Assembly: GCA_043777315.1 (NCBI GenBank) | Contig: JAYVPW010000150.1 | Coordinates: 1 to 64,000 of the forward strand | Source: Spartobacteria bacterium | GTDB lineage: Bacteria > Verrucomicrobiota > Verrucomicrobiia > Chthoniobacterales > Chthoniobacteraceae | DNA: 64,000 nucleotides | Direction of reading: 5' to 3' | Notes under the pieces: generated by a model | Database searches by the model: none | Seen by the model: only the letters and a program-made list of their open reading frames with translations | Told to the model about the DNA's origin: nothing | Part shown: positions 60,087-64,000 of the stretch, one piece after another | Layout: the number at the start of each line of letters is the position of its first letter | Numbering within the stretch: position 1 is the first letter of the stretch | Made by a program: the position numbers and the translations under genes

Positions 60087-60986
60087 TCAACGCGAGAACG
60101 CCGCGCGCAGCGAGAGGATGGGAAAGGCTAGCAGGTAGCGCACCCGGGCCTGTCGGAGGTTCCACGAAAAGGTGCGGCGAAAGAGCTGCCACGCTTCCGC
60201 GCGGGCTCCCGCGCGGAGGCAGGCGAGACTCGCGGGACGGCTGTGAACCGTCAGGATTTCCCGCCGCGCCCGCCGTCGCCAGCGTCCCCCCGGGTAACCG
60301 CCCGCAGTCTCGCGGGCGATCATTTCGAGCACTCCGCGGGCGGAGTTTTGCAGCGAAGCGATCGCGCTCCCGGCATGTCGGCGATACGCAAAAACCGGCG
60401 GTGATTCCACGCGCACAAAGCCCCGTGAAACGCCGAGCCGCAGCCACAAATCCGAGTCTTCGGCGTTGAAGCCGTGGTCCGCGAACCCGCCTGTAGCCTG
60501 CAACGCCGAGCGTTTCACCGCCGTCGCGCAGGTTCCGATCCACGGCACCCGTGGCGCGGTCGAGAGATAATCCGGGTGCGCCGTGTCGCGATATTCTGAA
60601 CGCTGCGGAAACGGCGGCGGATCCGCCTCGCGGAAGTCCACCTGCGTGCCGGCGATGAAATCCGGGCGGTCGTGTCTCTCGATCGCTGCGCGGTAGGTCG
60701 CGAGGGTCCAGGGAAACCAGACGTCATCGCTGTCGAGAAAGGCCACGTATTCCCCCCCCGCGCGCTGCCAGCCCAAATTTCGCGCGGGACCGGGGCCGCG
60801 CCTTTCACTCCGGATGACGGTGAGCCGGTCGCCGAAAGTTTTCAGCACCTCAGCCGTGCCGTCGGTCGAGCCGGCATCGACGACGATGAGCTCGAAATCA
60901 CGGCACTCCTGCGCGAGCACCGAGTCGATCGCGGCGGGGAGAAGATGTGCGCGGTTGAAGGTGGGGATGATCACGGAGAAGAGCAT
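60087..60986 (-). CDS. glycosyltransferase family 2
   Basis: MLFSVIIPTFNRAHLL...VVDAGSTDGT...FLDSDD. Confidence 0.75.
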   Translation of the reverse strand: MLFSVIIPTFNRAHLLPAAIDSVLAQECRDFELIVVDAGSTDGTAEVLKTFGDRLTVIRSERRGPGPARNLGWQRAGGEYVAFLDSDDVWFPWTLATYRAAIERHDRPDFIAGTQVDFREADPPPFPQRSEYRDTAHPDYLSTAPRVPWIGTCATAVKRSALQATGGFADHGFNAEDSDLWLRLGVSRGFVRVESPPVFAYRRHAGSAIASLQNSARGVLEMIARETAGGYPGGRWRRRARREILTVHSRPASLACLRAGARAEAWQLFRRTFSWNLRQARVRYLLAFPILSLRAAFSR

Positions 60987-61810
60987 CACGGCCAGAATTT
61001 GCCGCGGTGCAGAAAGCCTTTCGCAGCGCGGATCCACGCGGGTTCGAGGTGATTCGGCAGGCGCGCGGGATCGGCCTTCAGACCGCTCGCGCCGGTGTCG
61101 CAGGTCAGGGTTTCCGGGTCGGCGATTTTCTCCTCCCAGCGCTTTTCGAGGCTGTGGCCAAAGTGCGCCCAGCCGCGCGCCGCCGCCGCGCGCCGCGTGT
61201 CGAGCCGGAGCTGAATCTGCGCCGGGGAACGATATTGAAAATGCTTCAACCGGATGCGCTCCGGCGTGACGAGCCCGAGGTGCCGCGGCCACGCGCCGCC
61301 GGGCCATTGGAGCCTGGCGCGATGCCGGAAAAAACGCGCCTCCGAGGCATCGGCGACGTAGTAGCGCGGCAGATTGGAGTCGTTCATTTCCGGCGCGGCG
61401 CCGTCGGTCTCGAGGCTCAGGCGCGGGAGGTCCGCGGTCGTCAGGTGAAACTGGAAATGCACCGACCAGACGACGTGGTGCGCCGCTGGCACGCGGTCGA
61501 GAAACTCGCGCGGGTCGTCGATGTAGATTTCATCGGCATCCAGCCGGCACCACCAGTCGCCGGGCGAGGCGTCCTCGCGGAAATGCTGGAAAACCTCCGC
61601 ACGCAAACCGTCGTCGAAACGCCGGTCGTCCTGCCGAAACGGGACGACCTGCGCGGACGTGCGCGCGAGTTCCTGGCAGAGCTCCCACGTCCCATCGGTG
61701 CTCCCATTGTCGAAGACGTAAATCCGGTCGCACCATGCCGCGCTTTTCCGCGCGAAGTAGCGCAGGATGTCCGCTTCGTTTTTGACCAGGCAGATGCCGT
61801 GAATGCGCAT
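60986..61810 (-). CDS. GT2-like (GT-A fold) glycosyltransferase
   Basis: ICLVKNEADIL...VFDNGSTDGT...RLDADE. Confidence 0.6.
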   Translation of the reverse strand: MRIHGICLVKNEADILRYFARKSAAWCDRIYVFDNGSTDGTWELCQELARTSAQVVPFRQDDRRFDDGLRAEVFQHFREDASPGDWWCRLDADEIYIDDPREFLDRVPAAHHVVWSVHFQFHLTTADLPRLSLETDGAAPEMNDSNLPRYYVADASEARFFRHRARLQWPGGAWPRHLGLVTPERIRLKHFQYRSPAQIQLRLDTRRAAAARGWAHFGHSLEKRWEEKIADPETLTCDTGASGLKADPARLPNHLEPAWIRAAKGFLHRGKFWP

Positions 61811-61812
61811 GC

Positions 61813-62769
61813 TCAGGTGCTCCGCAGATTGCGCCGCCACGAGGCGAATTTCTCGGCCGCGCCGAAGCCGAGCGCCTTGTAAAAAAGGCGATACCCGAGC
61901 GGGGCCGCCGGTCCCTCGAGATGGAGCAATCCGTGGTCGGCGCGTTCGCGCAAATACGTGCGCGCAGCGGCGAGGTCGTGCCCCGCAATGGTGCGCGCCA
62001 TTTCGAAGCACGCCCGCCCGGCGATGCGCTCGTGCTCTTGATTCCAGAGCCGTTGCCCGACCAGCCACGCATGCGCCGCGTCGATGAGCCGCGTCTTCTC
62101 GCGCACCACGAGCAGGGGGTCGCGGCGGCACAGCGTGTCGTCCGACCAGATGCGATAAACGGCGCCCGGCGACGGGGCGAAAACGAAGCGCAAACCGGCC
62201 TGGATCGCGCGCCAATAAAGCTCGTGTTCCTGGCAGCACGGCTGCGTCTCGTTCCAGCCGCCGAGCGCCTCGATCGCGCGCGTGCGCCACAGGCATCCGC
62301 CGGTCTGCGGCAGCCGCCAGCCGAGCCATTGCGCGTAAAGATCGGAGTCGGTCGCGACGTCGCCGAGGCGGCGCGCGGTCGTCTCGCCGGCCGATGTCTC
62401 GACCCAGACCGGGCTGTAAATCACGTCGGCTTCCGCGCCGTCGGACGACTCGGCGAACTGCCGCTCGATCTTTTCCGGCTCGAGGAAATCATCCGCGTCC
62501 AGGAACTGCACCCATTCGCCGCGCGCCTGCTGCTGCGCCTGATTGCGCGCGTAATTCCCGCCGCGGTGCCCGGTCGAAATGACGCGCACTTTTCCATCGA
62601 ATCCGCGCGCGATCTCGACCGAGCGATCCGCGGAGCCGTCATCGACGATGATGATTTCCGTGGTTGGCCAGCTCTGCGCCAGCGCGCTCTCGACGCAGAC
62701 CGCGAGGGAGCGTTCCGCGTTGAAGCAGGGGATGGCGATGGTGACGAGAGGCTCAGGCACGGTGGTCAA
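61813..62769 (-). CDS. glycosyltransferase family 2
   Basis: VTIAIPCFNAERSL...IIVDDGSADRS...FLDADD. Confidence 0.75.
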   Translation of the reverse strand: MTTVPEPLVTIAIPCFNAERSLAVCVESALAQSWPTTEIIIVDDGSADRSVEIARGFDGKVRVISTGHRGGNYARNQAQQQARGEWVQFLDADDFLEPEKIERQFAESSDGAEADVIYSPVWVETSAGETTARRLGDVATDSDLYAQWLGWRLPQTGGCLWRTRAIEALGGWNETQPCCQEHELYWRAIQAGLRFVFAPSPGAVYRIWSDDTLCRRDPLLVVREKTRLIDAAHAWLVGQRLWNQEHERIAGRACFEMARTIAGHDLAAARTYLRERADHGLLHLEGPAAPLGYRLFYKALGFGAAEKFASWRRNLRST

Positions 62770-63938
62770 ACTTGCGGTTCCGAAAAGTTTTGCACAACCC
62801 GGTCATACGTCTCGCGCAGCGCGGCGCACTGCCGTTCCTGCCCGAATTCCCGCTCGATGCGCTCGCGTCCGGCGCGGCAAATCGCCGGGCGATCCAGCGC
62901 CGCCGAGGCCGCGAGATCCAGTGCTGAAGCCAGTCCCGTGACATCGCCCGACTCGCGAAGGAAGCCGGTTTCGCCATCGGAGATCAGCTCCGGGATGTCG
63001 CAGTGCGCGGTGCCGAGGCAGAGCATTCCGGTCGCCATCGCTTCAGTCAGCGCCAGCGGCGAGCCGCCTTCCGCGTCGCCATTCGCGGCGTGTTTGCTCG
63101 GGCAGAGAAAAAGGTGCGCCCCGCGCAAATGGACGCGCGCTTCCGCGGGCGGGAGGAAGCCGGTGAAGTGAATCCGCGCGGTGAGATCGGGCGCGGAGGC
63201 GATTTCGTGGAGTTCGTTTTTGATCCGGTCGCCCGCCGCGTCGGTGGCGTCGCCGATGATCGTCATTTGCAGGTCCGCTCCTCCGCGAACAGCTTGGGCA
63301 AAGGCGCGGAGGCCATCGGGCAGCCCTTTCTTTTCGACGAATCGGCCCATCATCACGACTCGCAGCGGCGCGGAAAAATCGCGGGGGAGGAAGGGCAGCG
63401 CGGCGAGATCCACGCCGAGGCGGATGACTTCCACCTTCTCCTCGGGGCAGCCGATGGCGACGAGACGGCGGCGCATCGCGGGGCCTTCCGCGAGAAAGAA
63501 ATCACCGCGCGAAAACAGCTCGCGCAGGCGCTCCGGCCAGACCTCGCCGGAGGCTGGAAGCATCCACGCGTCGATCCCGTAGAAGGAGGTAATCATCGGC
63601 ACGCCGAGCGCGCGCTGCAGCGGCAGCGAGGCCCAGCCGCGCATCCCGAAATGCGCGTGAATCAAGGCGGGACGCCACTTCCGGGCGGCCGCACCGGCGA
63701 CGAGCTGCGGCTGGCCGAGCCGGAATGCGACGGAGTTGGCGAGGCGCGCGAGGCCGCATTTTTCCGACCACGGCGGCGGATCGAGCAGCACCGGTGCGCC
63801 ATCGATCGGGAAAAGCGCGCGATTTTCCTCCCGACTGCAGAGCACGGCGGGGCGGACGCCGGGCACGCGGGTGATCTGCGGATGAATCCAATTTTCCGAG
63901 GTCGGGAGGAACGTCTCGAGCGCGTGGAGGACTTTCAT
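62766..63938 (-). CDS. glycosyltransferase family 1
   Basis: LFLCPSKHAANGDAEGGSPLALTEAMATGMLCL; the window ends inside the next upstream gene. Confidence 0.75.
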   Translation of the reverse strand: MKVLHALETFLPTSENWIHPQITRVPGVRPAVLCSREENRALFPIDGAPVLLDPPPWSEKCGLARLANSVAFRLGQPQLVAGAAARKWRPALIHAHFGMRGWASLPLQRALGVPMITSFYGIDAWMLPASGEVWPERLRELFSRGDFFLAEGPAMRRRLVAIGCPEEKVEVIRLGVDLAALPFLPRDFSAPLRVVMMGRFVEKKGLPDGLRAFAQAVRGGADLQMTIIGDATDAAGDRIKNELHEIASAPDLTARIHFTGFLPPAEARVHLRGAHLFLCPSKHAANGDAEGGSPLALTEAMATGMLCLGTAHCDIPELISDGETGFLRESGDVTGLASALDLAASAALDRPAICRAGRERIEREFGQERQCAALRETYDRVVQNFSEPQV

Positions 63939-64000
63939 CGGGAGGCTCGCGGTCTCGCGAAGCGGAGGATGGCTTTCGCCTGCGCACGCGCTTTCGGCGG

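Noticed and set aside
1-64000. Screen for transposases, integrases, phage genes, toxin-antitoxin pairs and tRNA genes
   Set aside because: No ORF showed DDE/HUH/tyrosine-recombinase motifs, and no tRNA-like cloverleaf segments were recognised by eye; mobility here appears limited to non-autonomous repeat and hairpin elements.

Overview
This 64-kb window has high GC (~65%) and is gene-dense. Its gene content points to the PVC superphylum, probably Verrucomicrobiota/Planctomycetota. The evidence is a TIGR02604-type membrane-bound dehydrogenase domain, planctomycete-type multi-haem cytochrome c, BatA-type N-terminal double-TM/vWA proteins and 23S-IVS-type four-helix-bundle genes; the taxon call is inference.

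Main coding content, in order along the window:
- an SPFH/flotillin gene and an FAH-family hydrolase gene;
- a signalling module on the minus strand: a ~1300-aa CheB-CheR-PAS-histidine kinase fusion, a REC-only regulator and a DHp-only orphan;
- alanine dehydrogenase;
- a minus-strand dehydrogenase-domain plus multi-haem cytochrome c pair, with an apparent frameshift in the dehydrogenase gene;
- an ECF sigma/anti-sigma pair;
- a Bat-like operon: MoxR ATPase, DUF58, BatA-like, vWA, a giant 1814-aa low-complexity membrane protein and a prenyltransferase-like repeat protein;
- a decayed MmeI-like type IIG/IIL restriction-modification gene with two in-frame stops and an in-frame palindromic insert;
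- a large dehydrogenase-HEAT-cupredoxin fusion gene;
- an OMP-like gene, a tandem GlcG/DUF336 gene, a PLD-family gene with an apparent internal deletion, proB, a dGTPase, a Lon-N domain gene and an MnmC-like methyltransferase;
- a 13-kb minus-strand polysaccharide locus (SGNH sialate-O-acetylesterase, 6 GT1 (GT4-type), 3 GT2 and one GT2-like glycosyltransferase, a Wzy/O-antigen-ligase-like membrane protein, one hypothetical), tightly coupled by ATGA overlaps.

The most unusual feature is non-coding. Every intergenic junction of the Bat-like operon carries a hairpin element whose arms are inverted tandem heptamer arrays, (GAACGTC)n in four elements and (AATTTTG)n in one. The loop of two of these elements contains a complete four-helix-bundle (23S rRNA intervening-sequence protein family) gene.

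Three further repeat families are present: a ~160-bp MITE-like inverted-repeat element (3 copies), a ~60-nt G5A3-headed element (5 copies, one pair inverted), and a 128-bp perfect palindrome inserted in frame inside the MTase domain of the MmeI-like gene. No rRNA, tRNA, CRISPR or transposase genes were recognised.
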